From: Hemiscyllium ocellatum
Taxonomy: Eukaryota
NCBI RefSeq assembly: GCF_020745735.1
Contig: NW_026869048.1
Span: 124,001 to 188,000, forward strand
Length of the DNA: 64,000 nucleotides
Reading direction: 5' to 3'
A model generated the notes under the pieces. It did not search any database. It saw only the letters and a program-made list of their open reading frames with translations, and was not told the DNA's origin. Positions 13,561-23,830 of the stretch are shown here, piece after piece (the first letter of the stretch is position 1; the number at the start of each line of letters is the position of its first letter). A program made the position numbers and the translations under genes.

Positions 13561-15315
13561 TGAACATAAATTATTCAATTTACTGATGATGGTTAGTAGC
13601 TGAAAATAAAAATACTATAGGTGACTTGGTGATGGGAAATAAAAAGTAACATTGTGTGGAAGGTAAGTTATGGATATAAGTAACATTTATTTTTAGAAAA
13701 AACGAACTCCATTTTGACTGCTAAGGTCTTGCTCACACCGTTGTACCTTCAGGCTATTTTCCATACGTTTTGATTATTTCAAATTCATATCACCTGCTGT
13801 TTTGTACTTGTCAGCCCTTTGTTAACGGGTGTTTGCCGTTTCAGAATATAGGTCGCCGTATCGTGTACGCTCTCGGAATTCAGTATTTGGAGTGCTTGCA
13901 GTTTTAACCTGTGCTTTGATCAATAAGGCAAAATTACAGAAAATATTAATAGCAATTTAAGGTAAAATGTTAGGATATTGGAAGAACAACTCAGAGGTTC
14001 AACGTTTTGCAGAGGGTTTGTGGGAAATGACATGGAGAACAGCAGATTTTCCAGTACGTCTGATCTCTGCCTTTCCTGATCGAAATCAATCTGTGATTTA
14101 TAATTTTGAGGATTCTTATTCATTCATATTGGTGTGCCAGATAGATCTCAGTGTCAGGGGTGTGTGACATGCCTCTGTACTTTGTGATGAACTCAGTGGA
14201 ATATACAATAATAAGGGTGTAAACCCAAAGGGGTGCAGGAACACAGGGTCCTCCATGTATATCTGCACAAATCAGAGAATGAACCATGACATGTGAACAG
14301 AAAAGCAAAGAAACCTTGCTTCAAGTACTCTGTACCGAACAAACGCAAAGCAATTATGTTAAACAGAAATAAAACAGTCGCTTGTCTCACCTGGAATATT
14401 GCATCTCGTTTCAGAAGCCACATTTTGGGAAAAATGTAAAGTTATGAGATAGGATGCATGACTGATTCACAACACTGTTCCCGGGATGATGTACCTCGCC
14501 GACTCTGAGAAATTGGGACTGTTCACCTCTGCTGATAGATTCCAGACCCTGTGAATAGTTGCTATGATTGGTTCTCAGTTCTATCTTGCGTCACATAGAT
14601 CCAAATAGCTGAATATTTCCAGTACTTTTGAGCTGTGCCTTGCCTGATCGACATCGACCTCTGATTTATTATTTTTGAGTGTTGCTGTTCAATAATATTC
14701 GTGTATCTGATAGATCTCAGTCTGATTTCCTTGGATTTGACAGGTGTTTGTCAAATAGATCCCAGGAATTATGCTCCATGAGTTTTATTTGTAAGACAAA
14801 CTCCAGTTCTGAGAATCTGCCCTTGGATTATACATGTGTTGTGCCTGAATACCTGACTGAACGTTGACATTTTTGGCTGATGAATATTTTGTTGGGCGCT
14901 TTAGCTGGTTAATTGTGCATTACTAACTCAGACTGTCCCGACGTTGGGAGTACTTTTAGTTTAGACAGAGCAGAGTAAACTTTCAAACTCCGTTGCCTGC
15001 CTTTTATCTGCTTAGGTGGAGCGAAGCACCTCATTTTTATCATTATGTGACCCGAGGCCGTAACCCTTTGTGCATAAGAGGAAATGTTCTCGGGTCATTC
15101 TGCTTCTGGAGTGTTCCATCAGGCATATCGTGTGGAAGATGCATTTACATTAGAGGGCTGCATGGTAGCCCAGCATTAACCTCAATGACTGGATGAAACA
15201 CAAGCAAACAGAACAAGTGAAAGTATTTAGCTGGAAAACGAGAGGGACGTAAGAAAATGTATTATTACTGATTAGACTTGAAGAAAGAATTAAGCAAACG
15301 AATGGTTAGTGCACA

Positions 15316-15356
15316 TTTATTCGAGATTTATTAACCATTTCAGAAAGCAATTTATT
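15316..15356 (-). promoter_or_regulatory. polyA signal cluster for membrane IgM mRNA (3 x AATAAA)
   Basis: Plus-strand tttatt at 15316, 15327 and 15351, about 400-450 nt downstream of the TM2 stop. Confidence 0.65.
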
Positions 15357-15760
15357 CAAACGTTAATATTAAAGTTAACAGACGTGAATACAATGGCTGG
15401 ATGCCACATTGAGATGAGATCGTGTGCACTCGGAGCTGTGAGTTTCTGTACATCCGTAACTGTCAACAGAAAAGGAATACAATAGCTCATCATAAAGGGT
15501 AGGCAACCATTCTGAATGAGGAACAAATTCAAAGAAAAAACAAATGGGTTTTAAACAACTGGGCAGCTACAATTTTTTTCAACTACAATCATCTCGACGA
15601 TACCAAAGTAAAAAGGAAAATCCATGATTAATTGTTTCAGTCACACGCTGAGAAGCTGAAATGATCTCACTGTTAGAGTCAGCAACAAGACAGATTAGAG
15701 ATTGGGAATTCATAGACCTTGATAAGCAGATCAGCAAAAGCAAAGGGGTCCACAACTCAT

Positions 15761-15769
15761 TCACTTAAC
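15761..15769 (-). CDS. IGHM: IgM heavy chain TM2 exon coding part (V-K-stop)
   Basis: Minus strand TTTATCTCTCTTTTCCAG|GTT AAG TGA gives a strong acceptor and the canonical Ig TM2 (VK*). It completes the KVK cytoplasmic tail via a 136-nt intron from TM1. Confidence 0.9.
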   Translation of the reverse strand, partial: VK

Positions 15770-15905
15770 CTGGAAAAGAGAGATAAAGCAATGAGGCAGA
15801 TATTTATGATCAGGGACATTCATTTTTTTTAATTTAATGGTACACTTAGAGATTTTACAAAACGTATTGGGCTTCTTGGCGTGTGAAAGATGTGATTATT
15901 CTCAC

Positions 15906-16033
15906 CTTCACCAGAGTGACAGCAGCGCTGTAGAAAATACTCAGGAAGAACAAGGTGGTGAACGTGGAAGCAGTTGTCCAGATGTTGCCATTATCATCCT
16001 CATAGTCTTCAATCCAAGTGTAATTCATTGAAT
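15906..16033 (-). CDS. IGHM: IgM heavy chain TM1 exon (DSMNYTWIEDYEDDNGNIWTTASTFTTLFFLSIFYSAAVTLVK)
   Basis: 128-nt open exon with TTCATAG acceptor (phase 1) and AAG|GTGAGA donor (phase 0). It has an acidic spacer and the CART-type IWTTASTF..LFFLSIFYSAAVTLVK transmembrane typical of shark IgH. Confidence 0.95.
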
Positions 16034-17331
16034 CTATGAATATAAATCCGAGAGAACGCATTTAAAATGTTTATGGATCCAGTCCGATCTATCCATATCC
16101 AAGTCAGAAACTAGAGACCATTGCATCTTCATAAACAGGCAGATGTTTCTCAATTGTGACTATTTGAATTTCTTAGTGCATTATTCACTCTTGGCAAGAA
16201 CTTGCAAAAAAATAAATGCACATGTTCCTTCTGCGCTGTCTGTAGCAACATTTTAAATTACTTTTTCTTTTCATCTATTATTGAAGGATATTATTATTTG
16301 AGGAACGCTTATTAGGAATGAGTATTTTAATTATGTCATGATATTTTAATTATAGTTTGTGACCGCAGTTTAGTTGAAAATCGTAGCCATCATTGCATAA
16401 AAGTTCAAATGTGATTCTCATTTTTATTTATTGGTGAGAAATTGCTTGGCAGATTATGAATATACGTTGCATACACAATTACAACTTTGCTTCATATTTT
16501 TGTTTGTAGGGTCTCTATTTTAAGGAATATGTTTTTGTGCATGTATCCCTTAATTTATTTGATCTACTGCTTGATGTGTATGGTTTTCATTTAATGTTTC
16601 TGCATGTAGTTATGATTTACTCTGACTTCATTCTTACCCATGTTTGAGTCTGTGCACGAATAAACATATTCATGCTCCTTTATTGCTGGTGTGTTCATGC
16701 GTTTGTGCACGTAAGTTTTGTTCAATTCACAGTGCATAAGCATCTTTATGCAAATATGCCATTTCACTGACGCCTATGTTTATCTCATAATGTCCCTGTG
16801 ATTGTTCATTATTCGTTAGTGCTATCTAAAATGTGTGTTCATGTATCAATTTCAGATTCTCGCTTCACTAGTTTATTTTCATGTTTATGCTTAATAAGTG
16901 TTAGCATATAAAATCATGTTTTGATGGATGTTTATATTTATGTGATGATGTCTGCTTGTGTGGCAATCTATCCTAAATCATATCCTGATAAGCTTGTTTG
17001 TGTTATTGTGTGTGGATGCTTGCTGATGCTTGTGCCATTATCCTTGTTTAATAAATGCCCCACTTTTTGTTGATCTGTGCACTTGCGTGTCTGCATGTGA
17101 GACTCTGAATTTGTGTGTGCATGTCACCGCGTATACGTGCTGATCAACGTGGCTTAAATATAAAAAAAAGCTGCCTCTGTCATCATATGTTTGTGATAAT
17201 GAAAAATAGGAAAATAATGAAATTTACGTTTTCTCTGTGCACTTACGTGCCTGTGTGTGTCGACATGCAGGAGGGCATTTTTGGTATGTTATATCTGTGT
17301 TCATGCATGTATGCCTGAATGCGTTGTGCTA

Positions 17332-17462
17332 GGAAAAAGTGAGGACTGCAGATGCTGGACATCAGAGCTGAAAAAATGTGTTGCTGGAAAAGCTCAGCAG
17401 GTCTGGCAGCATCCAAGGAGCAGGATAATCGACGTTTCGGGCATAAGCCCTTCTTCAGGAAT
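17332..17462 (-). mobile_element. solo Penelope-like terminal repeat inside the IgM CH4-TM1 intron
   Basis: gaggactgcagatgctgg...aaagctcagcaggtctggcagcatccaaggagcagg...cccttcttcagga matches the terminus of the element at 4490-4620, with no PLE body attached. Confidence 0.85.
17429..17460 (-). ncRNA. minimal type I hammerhead ribozyme motif (intact core), sense to IgM
   Basis: Minus strand UC-CUGAAGA-A-GGGC-UUAU-GCCC-GAA-ACGU-C-GA has all core boxes, a 4-bp stem II, a palindromic loopless stem III (ACGU) and a GUC cleavage triplet. Stem I is only about 2 bp. Confidence 0.65.
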
Positions 17463-18125
17463 GCACTGTGCTGCATGAATGCATATGAATTTGTGTCCAT
17501 TTATGTGTTACCGTGTGTCTATGTTTTTCATGGTTATGTATAAGTACCCCTGTTTATTTCTGTATGAGCTTTTCTTTCGGTGTATGTGAGTTTTTGGAAA
17601 AGCTCAGATGAATGTTCAAGTACCATTTGCATGTGTGGTTCTGTGCGTGTACGCGTATGTGATGTCTTATCTATATGCACATCTGAGTGGATGTGCATAA
17701 CTATTTATGTTTATGTGAGAGTCTGTATAAATGTCTTTACGTGCGTATTTGTGAGCATCTCTCTGTATCTGTGTGTGCTTCTGCTCTTATACCAAACTGC
17801 AATTTTTATTATTCTAAGTTGATGGTTCTAATTTTAACTGATTGCCCACGATAACATAACATCGACCTTGTTTTGTAGGAAACGTGAATTTTGTAAGAAT
17901 GGCCAATCGGGGAATCAGGAACACCAAGATCAAAACTTGTGTTCTCCCCTTGATGTAGAATGGACATTGTCAGATTCCATCACAGTGGGATTTAGGATGG
18001 ATGAGGTACTTGGCGGAATCGTGCAATGAGTAAGCTTTACTCAGTCTCTCACCCAGGGTGTATCGGAGCAGGGAACATAACTGCACAAGACACGCTTCCC
18101 AGACCTGTTAAAGATCCAATTTAAC

Positions 18126-18362
18126 TTTGTGGAGTTTGTGCATTGTCCGCGCATCTGCGTGGGTTTCTTTTGGGTGCCCCAGTTTCCTCCCACGGTCCAA
18201 AGATGTGCACGTTATGTGAATTAGCCATGCTAAATTGCCCGTAGTATTGATTTCATTAGTCAGGGGTAAATGAAGGGGAATGGTTCTGGGTGCGTTGCTC
18301 TTCGGAAGGTCAGTGTGGACTTGTTGGGCCGAAGGGCCTGTTTCCACACTGAAGGGAATCTC
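18126..18362 (+). mobile_element. HE1-type V-SINE, 5'-truncated
   Basis: V-domain gtggagtttg..c..tctgcgtgggtttc...ttcctcccac.gtccaaagatgtgc and HER1/CR1-type tail ttgggccgaagggcctgtttccacactg. Confidence 0.85.
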
Positions 18363-18460
18363 ATCTCATTTAAACTGCACAGATGGAATAGAGGTAAGAA
18401 TGAGAATCAATTCATTCAGCAGTTGTATATTTAGCTCACAACTGGACGAAAAAAAAATGC

Positions 18461-18466
18461 TTTATT
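18461..18466 (-). promoter_or_regulatory. polyA signal for secretory IgM mRNA
   Basis: AATAAA 36 nt after the secretory stop. A second AATAAA overlaps the stop itself (CAA TAA A, 18501-18506). Confidence 0.65.
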
Positions 18467-18501
18467 ACTTTTGTTGAATTATTGAATCAACGTTGAGATT
18501 T

Positions 18502-18830
18502 TTATTGACATGAATTAACAGTGTCCATCAGTGCAAGTGAAATGTTTACAAAACTTGTTTTACCACTCGAATTATCGACTGTTCTGTTGATGATCTTCAA
18601 TGGAATCGCTTCATGTCCCACCACACAGGAGTAAGAAGTACCGCTGGCCACTCCTCCGCAGTAATGGATAACAGGCTGTAGATGAAGAAGGAGGTGTTGT
18701 TGCTCTCCACCATCTCCTCGGTGTTCTTGTAGTTACTGGGATTCACCGACTTGTCATTGTTTGTCCACTTGACGAAGATTCTCGGGGAAGAAACCCCTCA
18801 CTAAACAGGTGAGGGAGAGAAACCTCTGAA
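18502..18830 (-). CDS. IGHM: IgM heavy chain CH4 + secretory tailpiece, 5' part lost in gap; three 1-nt frameshifts as assembled
   Basis: The corrected reading [15 protein letters not shown][RE][44 protein letters not shown][A][47 protein letters not shown] is a C1-set domain (C..W..YSC) with the penultimate-Cys mu tail. The internal donor AGT G|GTAAA at 18564/18563 is phase-compatible with TM1. Confidence 0.93.
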
Positions 18831-19328
18831 NNNNNNNNNNNNNNNNNNNNNNNNNNNNNNNNNNNNNNNNNNNNNNNNNNNNNNNNNNNNNNNNNNNNNN
18901 NNNNNNNNNNNNNNNNNNNNNNNNNNNNNNNNNNNNNNNNNNNNNNNNNNNNNNNNNNNNNNNNNNNNNNNNNNNNNNNNNNNNNNNNNNNNNNNNNNNN
19001 NNNNNNNNNNNNNNNNNNNNNNNNNNNNNNNNNNNNNNNNNNNNNNNNNNNNNNNNNNNNNNNNNNNNNNNNNNNNNNNNNNNNNNNNNNNNNNNNNNNN
19101 NNNNNNNNNNNNNNNNNNNNNNNNNNNNNNNNNNNNNNNNNNNNNNNNNNNNNNNNNNNNNNNNNNNNNNNNNNNNNNNNNNNNNNNNNNNNNNNNNNNN
19201 NNNNNNNNNNNNNNNNNNNNNNNNNNNNNNNNNNNNNNNNNNNNNNNNNNNNNNNNNNNNNNNNNNNNNNNNNNNNNNNNNNNNNNNNNNNNNNNNNNNN
19301 NNNNNNNNNNNNNNNNNNNNNNNNNNNN
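18831..19328. other. assembly gap (498 N)
   Basis: Run of N. It interrupts the CH4 exon. Confidence 1.
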
Positions 19329-19330
19329 AC

Positions 19331-19778
19331 GGGGAGGGAAGGTGAGAGCGAGAGAGGGGAGGTTAGGGGAGGTCGAGAGAGGGGAGGGATAGGGAGGGCG
19401 AGAGAGGGGAGGGAAAGGGAGGGTGAGAGAGGGGAGGGAAAGGGAGGGCGAGAGAGGGGAGGGAAGGGGAGGTCGAGAGAGGGGAGGGATAGGGAGGGCG
19501 AGAGGGGAGGGAAAGGGAGGGTGAGAGAGGGGAGGGAAAGGGAGGGCGAGAGAGGGGAGGGAAAGGGAGGGCGGGGAAGGAGAGGGGAGGGGAGACCGGA
19601 AAGTCGAGAGAGTGGAGGGGAGGGGAGGGCAAGGGAGGGGAGGGGAGGGCAGGGTGAGGGGAGGGGAGGGGAGGGCGAGAGAGGGGAGGGGAGGGGATGG
19701 CGAGAGGAGGGGAAGGGACGGGAGGGCGAGAGGAGGGGAAGGGAGGGGGAGAGTGTGGTGGGGAGGGCAGGGCAGGAC
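19331..19778. repeat. polypurine minisatellite, ~25-nt unit GGGAGGGCGAGAGAGGGGAGGGAAA decaying into (GGGGA)n
   Basis: About 9-10 recognisable units to ~19575, then GGGGA repeats. Confidence 0.95.
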
Positions 19779-19799
19779 CTTGGTGGGCAAATCTCTGTA

Positions 19800-21665
19800 T
19801 GTCTGAATATGTCAGCACAAGCAGACAGGGTGGGGAAGACACCTGAACTGGGAGCAGGAGGGGGGACCCATATCCTGGTGGGGAGAGTTGCTGGAGCTGC
19901 TCGAGAGGATTTAAACTCATCTGGCAGGTGTGTGGGACCCCAAACAGTCGTAAGGCCAGAAAGAAATTTGAGGTTGGTACAGATGTTCAAGAGAGCAATA
20001 TAAATAGACAAGGCAGGCATGAACATAGCAGGCAATGAGGGAAAATTGATGAATTAAACTGCATTTATTTCAATGCAAAGGGCCGGACAGATAAGGCAGA
20101 TGAACCCAGAGCATGGATGGGAACATGGGACTGGGATGTTGTAGGTATTACAGAAACACAGCTGAGGGAGCGACAGGACCAGCAGCTCAATGTTCCAGGG
20201 GACAGATGCTACAGGAAGGATAGAACAGGAGGCAAAACAGGGGGAGGGCTGGGGGTTTTGATTGTGGGGAAAATCCCAGCAGTACCTAGAGGGAGTATTC
20301 ATGCAGGATCGCCCAGTTAAGCGATATTGGTGGACTGAGAAATAGAAATTGGTCATCAGTTTGCTACGGTCGTACTACAGCAATAGGCAATCGGAGATGG
20401 AGGAGCAAATATGTCAGGAGATCTCAGATATCTGTTCGAATATTAGGTTTGTAGCAGTCGGAGATTTTAACCTTTCCAGACCTGGACTGGGACTGCCGCA
20501 GTGTTGAGCATTTGGATGGGAGGAATTTGTTAAGCCTGTTCCAGAAACTCCCAGTCATTGCGATGGAAAATTGCGATGGAAAAGGACAGGCCTGGTCCAC
20601 AAGTTCAAGTTATACAATGGAGCAAGATAGTATTAGGCAGGAATTTTTAAAGTAGATATGGGGAGGCTATTTGCAGGTAAAGGGAAGTCTGGCAAGGAGG
20701 AATATCTTAAAACCGAGATAAAAGGAGCATTCAGCGCCAGCATGTTCCTGTTAGTGTGCAGCTCGATGCTGACAGAATTAGGAAACACTGGCTGAGTTTC
20801 GAGGCACTGGTCAAGAAAAAAGGGGGAACATGTCAGATATAACTGGCTGACTCAAGGGAATCCCCTCAGGAGCATCAGGGCTAGAGAAATACACTTAGGA
20901 TGGAAATCAGGAATGCAAAAAGGGAACATGAGATAGCTTTGGCAGAGAAAGTTGAGGAGAACTGAAAGAGATTCTACAAGTGTATCAAGAGCAAAAGAAG
21001 AGCAAGGGACAAAACCGGTATCCTTAATGATCAATGAAGCCAACGATGTGTGGAATTACAAGATGCAAAACAAATATTTCCCTTTGGAACTTACTGTGGA
21101 TAAAGACTGGGGCGCTCAGGGAACTAAACAGTGTTTGTCCTGACTATTATTGGAACACTGTGCAATTCTGGTCTCAATGCCACAGGAAGGATGTTATGGA
21201 ACATGAAAGGGTTCAGAAGAAATGAACAAGGATGTTGCCAGGGTTGGAGGGTTTGCGTTTAAGGGAAAAGCCTGAATAAGCTGGGGCTGTTTTCACTTGA
21301 ACATGGGAGGCTGAGGAGTTACCTGATAAAGGTGTTTAAATCATGATGGTCAGCGATAGGGTCAATAGACAAGGTCTTTTCCCAAGGGCTGGAGAATTCT
21401 AAACCAACAGGGAATAGCTTTAAAGTGCAAGAGGAACGTTTCAAAGGGAGCTAAAGGACAACTGGTTCCTGCAGAGTGTATGGAATAAGTTGGCCGAGGA
21501 AATAGTGGAGGCTGATAGAAATACATTTAAAAGGCATGTGGATGGGTGTATGAGTAGGAAGGGTTTAGAGGGATATTGGCAAAGTTCTGGCAAATGTGAC
21601 TAGATACGTCATGCAGGAGTTGGTCTGAAGGATCTGTTTCCGTGCTGTAAATCTCTATGAGCCAA
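19800..21665 (+). mobile_element. decayed, internally deleted CR1 LINE (ORF1 esterase end, ORF2 endonuclease start, 3' tail)
   Basis: GTHILVGRVAGAAREDLN (ORF1 SGNH C-terminus), then LNCIYFNA..ADE..AWMGTWDWDVVGITET (APE start) and a ctctatga tail near 21660. Confidence 0.8.
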
Positions 21666-21669
21666 TGTC

Positions 21670-23830
21670 TTGAAATGAGTCCACATTATCGAAGAGGAGG
21701 TGCTGGAAGTTTTAAAACACAAAGGTAAATAAATCCCCAGGACCTGATCAAATGTAGCTCAGGACATTGTGGGAAGCTGGTGAAGACATTGTAGGGCCCC
21801 TAGCAGAGATATTTGTACCATGTGTGAATAGGCAGGTTGACTAGAAGGTGGAATTGTGGACAGTGAAGAAGGTTTTCTGAGATTACAAAAGGCATCCTGA
21901 TGAAATGTGTGAATGGCTGAAAAACTGTAGATGGAGTTCAACTAGCGTAATGCGAGAAAATGCATTTGTACAACAAACACGGGCAGGGCTTATACAATTA
22001 ATGGTAGGACCTTCGGTAGTGTCGTAGAACAGAGGGACATCGAGGTACAGGTACTTATTTCTCTGAAGTTTGCAACATGGAGAGATAGGATGGTTAAAAA
22101 GGTGCTTGCCACACTTGCTTTCATTGCTCTGTCCTTTGGATTTAGGAGTTGGGAAGTCGCATTGAGATTATGCAGACCATTGGTGATCCTCTTCTGGAAT
22201 GCTGTGTCCAACTCTGGTCGCCCAGTTAGAGGAAGGATACTATGAAGCTGGAGAGGGTTCAGAGGAGATTTACTGGGATGTGGCTGGTTATGGAAGTTTT
22301 CAGTTATAAAGAAAGGCTGGATAGGTTGGTATTTTTTCATTGAAACCTGAATGTTGACAGATGACCTCATAGAAGTTTATAAAATAATGAGGGGGATAGA
22401 TAGAGTTAATGGGAGTTGTCTTTTCCCATGGACAGGGGAGTTTCAAGACAAAGCACTACATTCTTAAGTTGAGAGGAGAGACATTTAAATAAAAGATGCG
22501 AGGGTCACATTGTTACACAGAGGATGGGATGCGTGTGGAATGAACTTCCCAAGGAAGGGGTGAATGTGCGGAAAATTACAATGTTTAAAATACATTAGAA
22601 TTAGGACAGGAATAGGAAAGGTTTGAAGGGATATGATCAAGGAACAGGCAGGTAGGACAAGATCAGTTTTAGAGTATGGTTAGCATTAACCAAACAATGC
22701 GGTATGACTCTCTGACTATGATTATAATGTTGTGTCATTAATTAAGAAAGGCTGCAAGAGGAAGCAAGGAAACTACAGACTGATGACCAGACATCAGGGT
22801 GGGTCAGTTGTTGGAGGTCATTCTGAGAGGTAGGACTTACATGCATTTGGAAAGATGTGGACTGAGTACGAACAGCCAGCATGGCTTTGTGCGTGGGAAA
22901 ACATGTCTCACAAACTTGACTGGAGTTTGTTCAAGATGTGACCAAAAAGATAGATCATGGCAGAGCAACAGATGTTGTTTCTGGCTTCACCAAACCCTTG
23001 GTCAGGGTGTAGCATGATACATTGGTTAGTAAGGGTAGATCACAAGTGATTAGGGAGAGCTAGCCAACTGGATACAAAATGGGATGACAGTGGGAGACAG
23101 AGGGTTGTTGTTCAGACTGGAGGCCTCTGACCAGTAGTGTGCTGTAAGGATTGGTGCTGGAATCACTGTTGTGCACCATTTACATACACAATTTGAGTGA
23201 AAATATAGGATTCTTTGGATACCAAGATTAGTGGAAAAGTGGGCAGGGGATATAGATATCGAAGGGGATGTTAATCAACTGGGCCAGTGGGCCAAGGAAT
23301 GAAAGATGGAGTTTAATTCAGGTGTTGGATTTAGTTCAGACAAACCAGGGAGGACTAACACAGTTAATGTTCGGGCCCTAGTCAGTGTTGTTGAACAGAG
23401 AGAGACCAAGGGGTGCAGTTACATTGTTTCTTGGAAGTGACATCACAGGTGGACAGGGTGGGGAAAGCAGCATTTGGCACACTTGCCTTCCTTGGTCAGC
23501 GCATTGAGTACATGAGTTGGAGATATTAGTAACACTGTCATCAATAAGGCCACAGGTTGACCTTATGAAGGTTTATGAAACAATGTAGGGCCTAACTAAC
23601 GTGAATTGCCAAGGGTAGGTGAGTCCAAAGCTAGAGGCATAAACGTGAGGTGAGAGAGCAAGAATTTAAAGAGGGAGCTGAGGGGCAACATTTTCCACAG
23701 AGGATGGTGCATAGACGGAATGGACTGCCAGAGAAAATGGCAAAAATAAGTACAATTACAACATGGAAAAGACACTTGGGCAGGTACATGGAGAGGAGAA
23801 GGTTTGAAGGGAAATGGGCCAACTCATTCC
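21670..23830 (+). mobile_element. further fragmented CR1 LINE pieces (RT and 3' ends)
   Basis: SQHGFVRGKTCLTNL, VQLWSP/DTMKLERVQRRF-type segments and FPQRMV..RNGLPEK tails, all with stops and frameshifts. Confidence 0.75.

Larger units (their letters stand above)
16400..17800. repeat. degenerate TG/CA-rich low-complexity intronic tract
   Basis: Dense tgtgtg/tgcatg/tatgtg words with no sustained frame. Lies in the CH4-TM1 intron. Confidence 0.6.

Noticed and set aside
13783-13797. Alternative TM2 (CAG|GTGATATGA)
   Set aside because: No polypyrimidine tract and it encodes VI*. The 15761-15769 site has a strong acceptor and VK*.
17464-17470. CACAGTG heptamer (- strand) next to the intronic HHR; also 24366-24372
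   Set aside because: No nonamer at either canonical spacing.
19331-19778. Possible Ig switch (S)-like region
   Set aside because: The G-rich strand is the template strand for this IgM, opposite to tetrapod S regions. There are no AGCT/RGYW arrays, and sharks are not known to have S regions.
18743-20035. Long Pro/Ser/Leu-rich ORFs (430, 329, 185, 160 aa)
   Set aside because: They are translations of the GA minisatellite and the N gap, not proteins.
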